A stretch of DNA of 64,000 bases, from contig CANIRU010000002.1 of the NCBI GenBank assembly GCA_947470025.1, positions 250 through 64,249 on the forward strand, in the 5' to 3' direction. A model generated the notes under the pieces. That model was not told where the DNA came from. It worked only from the letters and a program-made list of their open reading frames with translations, and searched no databases. The DNA comes from Chloroflexota bacterium. Its GTDB lineage: Bacteria > Chloroflexota > Dehalococcoidia > UBA2979. The translations under genes were made by a program, and so were the position numbers. Shown piece by piece: positions 8,183-17,686 of the stretch; positions within the stretch are counted from its first letter, which is position 1; each line of letters begins with the position of its first letter.

Positions 8183-9445
8183 ATGTGGTTACGGGTGGTG
8201 GTGCTGACGCTCGCGGTGGTCGGAGCATCGGCATGCCGAGCGATCGGGCCCGGCTCATCGGCTCCGACGACGCAGTCGATCACCTCGCCCAGCCCGTCTG
8301 ACGCTGCGCCGCGACCCGAGACCGAGCGCGGGCCCGCGTTGCCGTCCCCGACACCCGCCGTTCCGCCGCCGAGCCCGCCGCTGACCTCATGCGCAGCCGG
8401 TCGTTCTGCGATCAGCGACGGGCTTCCGCAACTGCCGTCCGGGGCGCTGGGTGTCGCGGTGATCCGACGAGGGAAAGACCTCTGGCTAGTCGCGATGGAT
8501 GATCCCGCCAACGAGGTGCGGATCACCTCCTGCCCGCTCGCCGAGTATGCAGGCAGCCTCAGTCGTAACGGGAACGTCGAGGTCTATTTCGCCTCGCAGA
8601 TCCCGACAGATCGCATGGATCGGGCGACCGTATATCGAGCCGTCCTCGGCGGAGGAAAGGCAGATCCGCTCGTCGAGTTCGACTGCGGTAGTCCCGTGTG
8701 TTTGAGCGGGAGCAGGTCGTCGGTCGCCGTGGCGCCGGACGGCGTACGGGTCGCCATCGCCTCCGCCGGCAGCATCCTGCTACACGACCTTCGAACCAAG
8801 ACAACGGTGAACGTCGCCCAAGCCGGGCCATCGGTGGGCTTACACGGCGGACTCAAGGCGAGTCGGCCGAACTGGTCAGCTGACGGTCGGTACCTGGGGT
8901 TTGGACAAGGGATCGAGGTCGACGACCTGTACGCGTATGACACCGTTACCGGGACACGGACGAAGATCGCGAATCAGACCGCGCTGCACTGGTCACGAAG
9001 CGGGGCCAGCGTGTGCTCAGGTGGCCCGACCAACGGGCGGGATGGTCAGGTCTTCACCTTGCCATCCAACGACTCGCGGTTGTTTCCGACTCCGGACGGC
9101 AATTCTCCCCAGGGCGGCTACTACTACGGCTGCGCATGGGCGAAAGATGGTCGCGTCGCACTGGGCTTCACAGAGGCATCAGATGGCCTCGGAAGGCGCG
9201 GCACCAGCGTCATTCAGCTCTTCGATCGGCAACTGCGTCCTATCGGGGAATGGGGCGGGGAGACATCACCGATCGTCTGGGCAGCCGACGACCGATCGCT
9301 CATTGCGGCCCGGTACGAAGTCGCCGATCCTCGTTACTCGGGTCTACGAATTTCCGGGTACGTGCTGCTTCAGCCCGGTGGCACCGTCATGCCGCTGGCA
9401 CTCCGGGCCGGGGACGAGATCCTCGACGTGCTGCCGCCCCCCTGA
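8183..9445 (+). CDS. Lipoprotein with TolB/PD40-like beta-propeller repeats (function unknown)
   Basis: ATG 8183 has GAGGAGG upstream. Signal peptide plus lipobox (LAVVGASAC), then a Pro/Ser/Thr-rich linker. Recurrent PD40-like strings are present (VAVAPDGVRVAIAS, PNWSADGRYLGF, WAKDGRVALGF, VWAADDRSLIAA). Confidence 0.6.
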   Translation: MWLRVVVLTLAVVGASACRAIGPGSSAPTTQSITSPSPSDAAPRPETERGPALPSPTPAVPPPSPPLTSCAAGRSAISDGLPQLPSGALGVAVIRRGKDLWLVAMDDPANEVRITSCPLAEYAGSLSRNGNVEVYFASQIPTDRMDRATVYRAVLGGGKADPLVEFDCGSPVCLSGSRSSVAVAPDGVRVAIASAGSILLHDLRTKTTVNVAQAGPSVGLHGGLKASRPNWSADGRYLGFGQGIEVDDLYAYDTVTGTRTKIANQTALHWSRSGASVCSGGPTNGRDGQVFTLPSNDSRLFPTPDGNSPQGGYYYGCAWAKDGRVALGFTEASDGLGRRGTSVIQLFDRQLRPIGEWGGETSPIVWAADDRSLIAARYEVADPRYSGLRISGYVLLQPGGTVMPLALRAGDEILDVLPPP

Positions 9446-9506
9446 CGCGGTCGCCGTGCGATTCTTCGACGCCAAACGCGACGCCGAGGAATCCGCCCGC
9501 GTTCCC

Positions 9507-10466
9507 CTACGTCCGCGCTGCGTGGTGCTCCCGGACCGCCGGTAGCACATCGGCGGCGAGACGGCGCATCTGGTCCTCGACGTCCTTCGGGTCGCAGGCC
9601 CAGTTGAAGACGAACTCCGTGACGCCGAGGTCGATGAACGAGTTCATGCGGTCGATCACCTGCTGCGGGTTCCCCGCCAGCACGAGGTTGCGCATCACGT
9701 CGACGGTGGAGTTGTAGCCGCGCGCCTCGTTGATCGCCGCGACCTCGATCGCCTCGGAACCGTCACCGTCGCCGACGTTCACCATCTCGACGATGCCGTA
9801 GCGCAGGTCGTCCGGCGCGCCACGCTCCTTGAGCGCCTCGATGCCGCGGGCGTAGCCGCTCGGCGTCATGATGTACGGGAGCCAGCCGCGCCCGTACTTG
9901 ATCACGCGGTCGTACACGCGCTGCTGCTGCGGCGTGCGGCCACCTCGAGCGCCCAGCAGCACCGGGAACGGATTCTGCATCGGCGTGATGCCGAGGTTCC
10001 CGGAGATGTCGTAGAACTTGCCGTGGTGGTCGACGTCCTTGCCGCTCCAGAGCTGCGTCATCACCTCGAGGCACTCGTCCATCAGCGCGCCGCGGTCCTT
10101 CGGGCTGATGCCGTTCAGCGTGAAGTCCGCGCCGCGCTCGCCGCCCACCCCGACGCCGAAGAGGAAGCGCCCACCACTGAGCCGGTCGAGGCTCGCGACC
10201 TGCAGCGCGGTCGTCGTCGGATGGCGCATCGGGAGCAGGAACACCGAGGTGCCGAAGTGCATCTTGGTGGTGATCGAGGCGGCGTGCGTGAGCATCGCGA
10301 ACGCGTCCGGCCCGCCGAGGGCGTACGAGTTGCCGGTCCAGATTGCGTCGTACTCCAACTGCTCGGCCAGCTCGACGGCCTTGGTGAACCGCTGGTAGCC
10401 CGCGGACTCATCGCCACGCAGCGTCGTCAGCAGCATCACACCAATGGAAAGCGGGTATCCGGCCAT
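9507..10466 (-). CDS. LLM-class (luciferase-like) flavin/F420-dependent oxidoreductase
   Basis: 319 aa with LDRLSGGRFLFGVGVGG and overall TIM-barrel LLM family features. ATG 10466 has GAGGAG 6 nt upstream. Confidence 0.8.
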   Translation of the reverse strand: MAGYPLSIGVMLLTTLRGDESAGYQRFTKAVELAEQLEYDAIWTGNSYALGGPDAFAMLTHAASITTKMHFGTSVFLLPMRHPTTTALQVASLDRLSGGRFLFGVGVGGERGADFTLNGISPKDRGALMDECLEVMTQLWSGKDVDHHGKFYDISGNLGITPMQNPFPVLLGARGGRTPQQQRVYDRVIKYGRGWLPYIMTPSGYARGIEALKERGAPDDLRYGIVEMVNVGDGDGSEAIEVAAINEARGYNSTVDVMRNLVLAGNPQQVIDRMNSFIDLGVTEFVFNWACDPKDVEDQMRRLAADVLPAVREHHAART

Positions 10467-10573
10467 CGTGGTCTCCTCACCGTCGCGTCATCGAGTCGAC
10501 GCATGTCGTCGCTCTGACCAGCGCGAGCATAGGACGCCCGCGCCACGCTGGGAACGGACGCTCCAGACGACTG

Positions 10574-11392
10574 CTACGCCTGCCGCTCCCATGCCTCGAC
10601 GCCGTCGAGGAAGTTGAGCAGGTGGCGGCGCCACGCGTCCGGCTGATCCCAGTACAGCGAGTGTCCGCATTCATCGAGCATCACGAGCTGGGAGTTGCGG
10701 ATGTTGCGGTGCATGATCACCGACCCGCCGGGCGGGCACATGGTGTCCTGCAGGCCCTGCAGGATCAGCACCGGCGTGTCGATGTTCCGCAGCTCCGGCG
10801 TCCACGAGTACTGCTTCATCGCGCGGACGATGTGCGCGTAGATGTTGCCGGGGATGCCGAGGGTGCGCTCGCGCTCCGCCTGCGCGCGGTCGGGCGGCAT
10901 CGGGCGGACGTTCATCGTAGCGTTCGCCAATCGCGCGCTGCCCTCGAGAACCGCCGCGACACCGCCGGTCTCGGCGAGCACGGCGCGCTGCTCCCATGCG
11001 TCCGCCATGCGCTCCGCGACCTGGCTCGAGGTGGACATGAGGAACGCACCGGCCGCGACGCCGGGGAAGTCGATGAGGAACCGCTGCGTGATCGCGCCGC
11101 CCATCGACACACCGCCGACGAACGGCCTCGACAGCCCGAGCGCCGCGATCAGCCCGGCGAGGTCGCGCGCGTGCATCTCCGGCGTGTACGGCACGTCCGG
11201 CTTGTCTGACTCGCCGTGTCCTCGCACGTCCCATGCGAGGACGGCGTAGCGCTTCGACAGCTCGGGGATGTCGTCGTCCCAGTTGTGCAGCGTGCCGCCC
11301 ATGCCGTGCGTCAGGATCAAGACGCGCTGCGTCGAGGGATCGCCGGTGAGCTCGTAGTTGATCGAGATGTCGTCGTTCACCGGCACGCGCAT
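10574..11392 (-). CDS. Alpha/beta hydrolase
   Basis: 272 aa with HGMGG oxyanion region, nucleophile elbow GVSMGG and C-terminal GH. ATG 11392 has GGGAGG upstream. Confidence 0.85.
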   Translation of the reverse strand: MRVPVNDDISINYELTGDPSTQRVLILTHGMGGTLHNWDDDIPELSKRYAVLAWDVRGHGESDKPDVPYTPEMHARDLAGLIAALGLSRPFVGGVSMGGAITQRFLIDFPGVAAGAFLMSTSSQVAERMADAWEQRAVLAETGGVAAVLEGSARLANATMNVRPMPPDRAQAERERTLGIPGNIYAHIVRAMKQYSWTPELRNIDTPVLILQGLQDTMCPPGGSVIMHRNIRNSQLVMLDECGHSLYWDQPDAWRRHLLNFLDGVEAWERQA

Positions 11393-11462
11393 GTGTAGCC
11401 TCCCTCAGGCGAGAGGCAGCGTAACGGTTCGGCCGCGGGATCGGGAACGAGAGCGGAGAAGG

Positions 11463-11497
11463 CCCTCACCCTACCCTCTCCCCAAACGGGGAGAGGG
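11463..11497 (-). repeat. REP-like palindromic repeat, copy 2 (inverted)
   Basis: CCCTCACCCTA + CCCTCTCCCC-AAAC-GGGGAGAGGG, located between the hydrolase start and the PAC2 stop. Confidence 0.8.
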
Positions 11498-11509
11498 TTC
11501 TGCCGTGAG

Positions 11510-12436
11510 TTAGCGGGTGCCGCCCGCGTCGGGCTCGTCGCGCTGCTGGCGCAGGAAGCTCTCGATGCCCTCGAGGATCTCCTCGCTCGGCGGCAGTTCC
11601 GCGGCAGGGGGCTGCGGCTCGGAGCGCATCGCGGTCGACTCGTCGGCGTCGTAGGTCTCTTCCATCTCGCGGATCTGCTCGCGGAGCAGGTCGGGGTCGG
11701 CGACCTGGCCGAGGGCGTTCGCCGTCTGCTGGTCGAACGAGGCCACCTCGCCCAGCAGCGGCTCGATCGGCGTGTGCGCGCCAAGCGCACGGTCAAGGTG
11801 TTGGACCAGCGCGACGATCGCGCGGGGGTTCGGGCCGGTGTTGATGTACCCCGGCACGAGCGCGGTCAGGCGACCCGTGGCGTAACCCAGCGAGCGCAGG
11901 TGCAGCATCAGCACCGTCTGGATGCCCGTCGGCCCCTGGTACTGCGACCGCTCCGACGGGCGGCCGATGAGCTCCTCGAAGTACGCGTCCGCGTCGCCGA
12001 GGAGCACGGGAGCCGGGCGGGTGTGCGGCACCATCGCGGGCCGCGAGCCGAGGGCGATGAAGTGCTTCGAGCCAATGGTCTGCATGAAGTCCGCGACGAC
12101 GTCCGCGTATTCCTTCCAGGCGAGGCTCGGCTCACGCCCGGCGATCAGCACGACATCGCGGCTGCTCCCGGTCGGCGTGGCGATGTGGAACCGCGTGCCC
12201 GGCCAGCGGATCGACCGCTCGCCATTGCGCAGGCGCACGCGAGGGCGCGCGACGGTGAGGTCGTAGAACTTGTCGGGGTCGACGTTCGCGACCTCCGTGC
12301 CGTGCCACTCGGAGCGGACGTAGCGGATCGCGCCCATCGCGGAGCCGGAGCCGTCGCTCCAGCCCCAGAACGCGCCTACCACCAGCGGGTCGCGCAGGTC
12401 CTTCAACTCACCGGTCAACTGCAGCGATTCGTGCAT
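11510..12436 (-). CDS. PAC2 (proteasome assembly chaperone 2-like) family protein
   Basis: 308 aa from ATG 12436. DPLVVGAFWGWSDGSGSAMGAIRYV..., VLIAGREPSLAW and an acidic C-terminal tail resemble actinobacterial-type PAC2 proteins. The ORF-track 5' extension to 12736 is Arg/Pro-rich and probably spurious. Confidence 0.7.
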   Translation of the reverse strand: MHESLQLTGELKDLRDPLVVGAFWGWSDGSGSAMGAIRYVRSEWHGTEVANVDPDKFYDLTVARPRVRLRNGERSIRWPGTRFHIATPTGSSRDVVLIAGREPSLAWKEYADVVADFMQTIGSKHFIALGSRPAMVPHTRPAPVLLGDADAYFEELIGRPSERSQYQGPTGIQTVLMLHLRSLGYATGRLTALVPGYINTGPNPRAIVALVQHLDRALGAHTPIEPLLGEVASFDQQTANALGQVADPDLLREQIREMEETYDADESTAMRSEPQPPAAELPPSEEILEGIESFLRQQRDEPDAGGTR

Positions 12437-12600
12437 GGGAGGCACCTTACGTCTGCGAGGGGTGCGAGTCGTACGCACGCTACTGTCATCTTCCCACGCC
12501 TCCCGATGTCGAGGGAGCCGCCAGAAGTCCCGACACGGTAACAGGCGTGCCGCGGTCGGGCACGGGGCACACCTTCCATCTGCGCCGGACTCCCGGCAAG

Positions 12601-13908
12601 ATGGCAGTCCCCGCCCAGGCACGCTGCCGGGCGCGGAGAGCGGTGGCGAGCGTGTCCTCGAACGACTCCAGTGCCACCGCCGAGGCGTCCGAGGCCACCT
12701 CGGGCGCCACCGCGGAGCAGGTCGAGCGGCACCCATACCGCTGGGTGATCATCGGGCAGATCTGGCTGCACTCGATGCTCGCCCAGATCACCACGACCGG
12801 CCTCGGCGTCCTGCTCCTCGGCATCTCGACCGAGCTCGGCTTCGGCCCGGGCGAGTCGGGCTGGCTGGGCGCGACGCGGACTGCGGGGGCGCTGATCGTC
12901 TTCCCAGCCTCGTTCGCGCTGGTGCGCTTCGCCCCGAAGCGGCTGTACGGCGCGCTGACTTTCGGGCTGGGCCTGTCGATGGTGCTCGGTGGCTTCGCTC
13001 CCGGATTCTGGACGCTCTTCGCCTGCCAGGTAGCGTTCTCGCTCTGCTTCGCACTGGCCCAGGTGCCGGGCAGCCTGCTCCGGACGCAGTGGATCCCATC
13101 CCGTGAGCTGGGCCGCGTGTGGGGGACGGGCAACGCGCTGAACGCCGTCGCACAGATGGGAGTGCTCATCGGCGTCCCGCTGGTCCTCGGCGTCCTCGGC
13201 GGGTGGCGAGGGGTGCTGCAGGGCGGCGGCGTGATCATGCTGATCGCCGCGGCCGCCTGGCAGGCAACCGGCCGCGAGCGCGCCGAGCAGCACGCGCCTG
13301 GGCCGCAGTCCAGCTTCGCCGCGGTCCGCCGCCCGGAGTACTACGTCCTCGGCCTTGCGTCCGTCGGGGGCGCCATGTCATACCTCGCGTGCCTGTTCTT
13401 CCTGCCGGTGTTCCTGGTGCAGGAGCGGGGGCTGTCGCTGGAAACGGCCGGGCTGATCTCCGCGATCCTCCCGGCGGCGGGGCTCGTGTCGAACGTCTCG
13501 GCGGGCTTCCTGTCGGATCGCGTCGGGCTGCGCAAGCCGTTCATCTGGCCCTCCGGCCTGCTCCTGCCACCGCTCTACTTCCTCGCCGTCTCGCCCATCC
13601 CGGTCTGGGCGCTCTTGCTGGTCGTGAGCCTGGTCGGGTTCTTCGCGTGGCAGCCGTTCCCCGCGATCAGCTCGATCTCATTCGAACTGCCCGGCGTGCG
13701 ACCGTCGGACATCGCCGTCGGGGCGGCGCTGATGCAGATGATCTCCGGCATCGGGATCATCTGCGGGCCGATCATCGTCGGGCAGATCGCGGAGGCGACG
13801 GGTTCGCTGCGGCCCGGGATCATCGCCGTTGGCCTCTTCCCGGTGCTCTTCGCGGTGACCTGCCTCTGGCTTCCCGACACCGGCCCGAAGGCGCGCGCCA
13901 CGCGCTAG
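12601..13908 (+). CDS. MFS transporter
   Basis: About 12 predicted hydrophobic helices with typical MFS loop motifs. ATG 12601 was chosen; alternative in-frame GTG starts lie further downstream, so the start is uncertain. Confidence 0.75.
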   Translation: MAVPAQARCRARRAVASVSSNDSSATAEASEATSGATAEQVERHPYRWVIIGQIWLHSMLAQITTTGLGVLLLGISTELGFGPGESGWLGATRTAGALIVFPASFALVRFAPKRLYGALTFGLGLSMVLGGFAPGFWTLFACQVAFSLCFALAQVPGSLLRTQWIPSRELGRVWGTGNALNAVAQMGVLIGVPLVLGVLGGWRGVLQGGGVIMLIAAAAWQATGRERAEQHAPGPQSSFAAVRRPEYYVLGLASVGGAMSYLACLFFLPVFLVQERGLSLETAGLISAILPAAGLVSNVSAGFLSDRVGLRKPFIWPSGLLLPPLYFLAVSPIPVWALLLVVSLVGFFAWQPFPAISSISFELPGVRPSDIAVGAALMQMISGIGIICGPIIVGQIAEATGSLRPGIIAVGLFPVLFAVTCLWLPDTGPKARATR

Positions 13909-13950
13909 GATGCCCCCGCCCCCAACGTGCACACGGAACAGGACACATCG

Positions 13951-14943
13951 ATGACCCGCGGCATCGACATGCACACGCACTTCGTCCCGAACTCGTTCCC
14001 TGCCTACGCGGGCACCGAGACCGCGTGCCCGTGGCCATCGATGCAGATCGAGGGCACGAACGCGAACGTGATCATCAACGGCGCGAACTACCGGACGGTG
14101 CCCGACACCTCGTGGGACGGCGCGAAGCGCACGGCCGAGATGGACGCGAGCGGGCTGCGCCGGCAGGTCGTCTCGCCGATGCCCGAGCTGCTGTCGTACT
14201 GGATGACGCCACGCGATGGCGCCGCCCTGGTCGGCCACGTGAACGAGGAGATCGCCGCGCTGGCGCACGCATACCCCGACCGCTTCACCGGGATCGGCGG
14301 CGTCCCGCTGCAAGACGTGGACCTCGCGGTCCGCGCGCTCGAGGAAATCCGCGGGACGGACCGGCTCGCGGGCGTCGAGATCGCCACGCACGTGAACGGC
14401 ACATCGATCGGCGACCCGCGCTTCGAACCGTTCTTTGCCGCCGCGGAGCGCCTCGACCTGCCGATCTTCGTGCACGGGCTGCGGCCCGCGGGCGCGGACC
14501 GGCTGATCGGGCGCGGCCTGGAGCAGACCGTGGCGTTCCCCGGCGACGTCGCGCTCGCGATCGCGTCGATGATTACGGGCGGGACAATGGAGAAGCACCC
14601 GGCGCTGAAGATCGCGTTCTCACACGGCGGCGGCGCGATGGCGATCCTCGTCGCACGCATGGAGCAGGGCTGGAACACGGGCGGATCGATCCGCGAGATG
14701 ATCCCGCAGCCGCCCAGCGTCTACGCGCGCCGCATGTACTACGACAGCGCGCTCTACAGCACGCCCGTGCTGCGACTGGTCATCGATACGTTCGGCGTGG
14801 ACCATGTGATGATCGGCACCGACTACCCGTTCGGGATCATGGACACCGACCCGCTGGGCACGATCGACGCCCTCGGTCTCGACGCAGCCTCCACGGCCCT
14901 GCTCGTCGAGGGCAACGCGCGCCGCTTCTTCGGCATCGAGTAG
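13951..14943 (+). CDS. Amidohydrolase-2 family protein (ACMSD-like decarboxylase/hydrolase)
   Basis: The N-terminal metal motif IDMHTHF plus FVHG... and the C-terminal MIGTDYPF pattern are typical of the amidohydrolase_2 family. Confidence 0.8.
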   Translation: MTRGIDMHTHFVPNSFPAYAGTETACPWPSMQIEGTNANVIINGANYRTVPDTSWDGAKRTAEMDASGLRRQVVSPMPELLSYWMTPRDGAALVGHVNEEIAALAHAYPDRFTGIGGVPLQDVDLAVRALEEIRGTDRLAGVEIATHVNGTSIGDPRFEPFFAAAERLDLPIFVHGLRPAGADRLIGRGLEQTVAFPGDVALAIASMITGGTMEKHPALKIAFSHGGGAMAILVARMEQGWNTGGSIREMIPQPPSVYARRMYYDSALYSTPVLRLVIDTFGVDHVMIGTDYPFGIMDTDPLGTIDALGLDAASTALLVEGNARRFFGIE

Positions 14944-14977
14944 CTCGGCTCAACGTCAGCAATCGGCGCACAACACA

Positions 14978-15005
14978 ACGCGTGCGGCCTTTCGGCCGCA
15001 CGCGT
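14978..15005. terminator. Hairpin terminator between convergent genes
   Basis: ACGCGTGCGGCC-TTTC-GGCCGCACGCGT forms a perfect 12-bp stem between stops 14943 (+) and 15045 (-). Confidence 0.6.
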
Positions 15006-15044
15006 TGACGAAGCGGCGTGGCTCTCGTTCGCCGTCTCGGTCTG

Positions 15045-15236
15045 CTAGGGGGCGGGTTCCGTCGTCCGGGGTGACTGGGCGGTGTTGTGGTCGTCGGCGC
15101 TGTTCGGCGCCGCTTCGACCTCGGCCTGGTGTTCGTCGTCACGGTGCGCATGCAGCGCCATGTCGTCCGGGAAGGACGCCTGGCACTGAGGACAGATGAA
15201 CTCGGGGAGGTCGGCGAGCAGTGCTGGGTCTTGCAT
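15045..15236 (-). CDS. Small acidic protein with a single classical C2H2 zinc-finger motif
   Basis: 63 aa from ATG 15236. FICPQCQASFPDDMALHAHRDDEH fits (F/Y)-x-C-x2-C-x3-F-x5-L-x2-H-x4-H exactly. GC3 is high in this frame. The RBS is only moderate (GGAG at about -14). Confidence 0.4.
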   Translation of the reverse strand: MQDPALLADLPEFICPQCQASFPDDMALHAHRDDEHQAEVEAAPNSADDHNTAQSPRTTEPAP

Positions 15237-15420
15237 GCCCCCATGCTCCGTGATCAGCCATCGCGTTTCGCACGTACGTCTGGCGCACCTCAATGCAGTC
15301 CAGTGACGAACGCTCGATCGAACCGCACGCACGCGCATCTACATTCGTCTGCCGTTTGCCCAGAAGTAGCGCGGTTTACGGGATCACGATGGTTCGCACC
15401 ATCTTTGTTACTTGAATGTG

Positions 15421-16572
15421 ATGCAGGCGATCCGCCACCATCGATGCACGCCTCCCAGTGACTCTGATTGGACCATCGATTTGCGAACCCTCCTCATAGG
15501 GCTGCTCGCCGCTGCGTTGCTCGTCACCGCCTCGCGCATGACGCAGGCGCAGCGCACCGCGGGTGGTGACCCCGAACCGTCTGCTTCCACCGTCAGCACC
15601 CGACCGCTTGCGGCGAGCGTCGCGTCGCCGGTATCACCGGCGACCTCGACTGCACCGCTCACCACAGCTCCCGCCGCCGTCGCGCAGACGGCACCCGCGG
15701 TGCTCGTGCCGCCCGCCACGACCGAGGCCCCGGCGCGACGCGCGGGAGCCGAGCTGCCGCCGTTCACCACCGCGAAAGAGGCGGTCGTCCTGGACGAGGC
15801 ATCGGGCGGAATCCTCTACGCCAAGGACGCACACGCGCCCGTCCCTCCGGCGAGCCTCACGAAGATCGCGACCGCGATCATCGCCATCGAGCATGGCGAC
15901 CTCGACCGTGTCGTGACCGTTGATGTTGACAGCCGCACGTTCGTGGACAGCACGCTCATGGGACTGCGTCCGGGCGATCGGTTCACGGTGCGCGACCTGG
16001 TCTACGGGCTGATGCTGCCGTCCGGAAATGACGCGGCGGTCGCCATCGGCCGCGCGGTCAGCGGCAATGACGCGGCGTTCGTGGCGGAGATGAATGCTCT
16101 CGTCGCGCGCCTGGGCATACACGACACCCACTTCATGAACGCGCACGGGCTCGACGAGCCGGGACACGTGAGTTCCGCGTACGACATGGCGATGCTGTCG
16201 CGCTATGGCATGGCGATGCGGGAGTTCCGCACGATCGTGGATGCGGCGTCGTACACCGCTCGAGGCTCGCGGACGATCGAGATGACGAGCCTGATCAGCG
16301 GACTGCTGAAGTGGGTGCCCGGCGCGAGTGGCGTGAAGAGCGGGTTCACGGATGCCGCCGGCCGGACCCTGGTGCTCACGGCTGATCGATGGACGCGCCT
16401 GTACGCGGTGGTGATGAACGACCCGCAGCGCGAAACCGACGGCGCGAAGCTGATGGAGTGGGGGTTCGCGAACCACGACTGGGGACGAGGCACGCCAAGA
16501 GCGATCGTCGCCCAGCCGCCCGCGGACGGCGGCTCGGACGTGATCCGTGCCGCGCGCGCCGGGGGCAACTAG
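15421..16572 (+). CDS. D-alanyl-D-alanine carboxypeptidase (serine-type, S11-like)
   Basis: SxxK (SLTK), SxN (SGN) and K(T/S)G (KSG) motifs occur in the correct order. An N-terminal membrane anchor is followed by a Pro/Ala/Thr linker. ATG 15421 was chosen; TTG 15412 and GTG 15418 are alternatives. Confidence 0.8.
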   Translation: MQAIRHHRCTPPSDSDWTIDLRTLLIGLLAAALLVTASRMTQAQRTAGGDPEPSASTVSTRPLAASVASPVSPATSTAPLTTAPAAVAQTAPAVLVPPATTEAPARRAGAELPPFTTAKEAVVLDEASGGILYAKDAHAPVPPASLTKIATAIIAIEHGDLDRVVTVDVDSRTFVDSTLMGLRPGDRFTVRDLVYGLMLPSGNDAAVAIGRAVSGNDAAFVAEMNALVARLGIHDTHFMNAHGLDEPGHVSSAYDMAMLSRYGMAMREFRTIVDAASYTARGSRTIEMTSLISGLLKWVPGASGVKSGFTDAAGRTLVLTADRWTRLYAVVMNDPQRETDGAKLMEWGFANHDWGRGTPRAIVAQPPADGGSDVIRAARAGGN

Positions 16573-16677
16573 ACGACGTCGGGCGGGCGGCACCGCGCGA
16601 TGCGAGGGTCGCGCTGGCGCCATCCTCCCTCCTGGCCGTGCGCGTATGACTGCGCGCCGGAGCGATCAGACCAACGA

Positions 16678-16702
16678 CCGCCTCGGGAGGGGACCGAGGC
16701 GG
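16678..16702 (-). terminator. Hairpin downstream of the CsbD-like gene
   Basis: CCGCCTCGG-GAGGGGA-CCGAGGCGG forms a 9-bp stem, 10 nt beyond the stop at 16712. Confidence 0.45.
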
Positions 16703-16711
16703 CGGGTGACG

Positions 16712-16906
16712 CTACTTCTTCTTGCCCTTGTGCTCCGCAAGCTTGTCCTTCGCGTTGCCGAGTGCGCCCTGGAGCTTGCCCTTGGCTTGCTGTGCGGCGC
16801 CTTCGACTTCCATTTCCGTGTTGTTCACGGCGCCACCGATGTTGCGCTTCGCCGCGCCAATCGCCTCGTTCGCCTTGCCCTTGATCTTGTCCTCGGTACC
16901 ACTCAT
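16712..16906 (-). CDS. CsbD family general-stress protein
   Basis: 64 aa. The repeat pattern KIKGKANEAIGAAK...GKLQGALGNAKDKL is characteristic of the CsbD family. Confidence 0.8.
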   Translation of the reverse strand: MSGTEDKIKGKANEAIGAAKRNIGGAVNNTEMEVEGAAQQAKGKLQGALGNAKDKLAEHKGKKK

Positions 16907-17183
16907 CGGTGGCTCCTTTCCTGTGCGTTCGATACGGCGAGGATGCGCCGAGTTTCATGGCATCCGCGGCACGATCGACGCCTGCGCGGTGGCAAGTGCG
17001 TAACACCCCGGCGCTGCCGATCCGCGCATCTCTGTCGCCGCGCTGCTCGATCGGCTTTCGTAACGGTGTGACGCATCCACGTCGCAGGGGTGTCGTGCGT
17101 CGATCGATACGGTTCACGCGCTACGCGACGGGCGACACCTCGGACGATCCGAGGTCACCCGAGGCGAGCCGAGGAGTGACACC

Positions 17184-17627
17184 GTGACCGTCATTGAGAA
17201 GTCGATCGAGATCGATGTGCCGCTCCGGGCGGCATACAACCAGTGGACGCAGTTCGAGGAGTTCCCGGAGTTCATGGAGGGCGTGGAACGCGTGCGGCAA
17301 CTCGCCCCCGACCGCCTGCACTGGATTGCCGACATCGGCGGTCACGTGAAGGAGTGGGACGCACTCATCGTGGACCAGAAGCCGGATGAGCGGATCGCCT
17401 GGCGCAGCGAGGCTGGGACCGCGAACGACGGCATCGTCACCTTCCACCAGGAGGGCGACCACACGCGCATCGACCTGTCGATCGAGTACGACCCGCAGGG
17501 CTTCGCCGAGAACGTGGGCGACGCGCTGGGCTTCATGAGCCGTCGCGTCGAGGGCGATCTCGAACGGTTCAAGGAGTTCATCGAGCGGCGCGGTCACGAG
17601 ACCGGCGGCTGGCGCGGCACGATCTAG
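17184..17627 (+). CDS. SRPBCC (cyclase/dehydrase, START-like) family protein
   Basis: 147 aa. IEIDVPLRAAYNQWTQFEEFPEFMEGV... resembles SRPBCC/COG5637-type proteins. GTG start with GAGGAG upstream. Confidence 0.75.
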   Translation: MTVIEKSIEIDVPLRAAYNQWTQFEEFPEFMEGVERVRQLAPDRLHWIADIGGHVKEWDALIVDQKPDERIAWRSEAGTANDGIVTFHQEGDHTRIDLSIEYDPQGFAENVGDALGFMSRRVEGDLERFKEFIERRGHETGGWRGTI

Positions 17628-17652
17628 TCGCCGGTCCAGTCGCCGACGACGC

Positions 17653-17686
17653 GAGGGCGGTGGGCTTCCACCGCCCTCGTTTTGTG
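17653..17686 (+). terminator. Rho-independent terminator
   Basis: GAGGGCGGTGG-GCTT-CCACCGCCCTC forms an 11-bp stem followed by GTTTTGTG. Confidence 0.7.
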
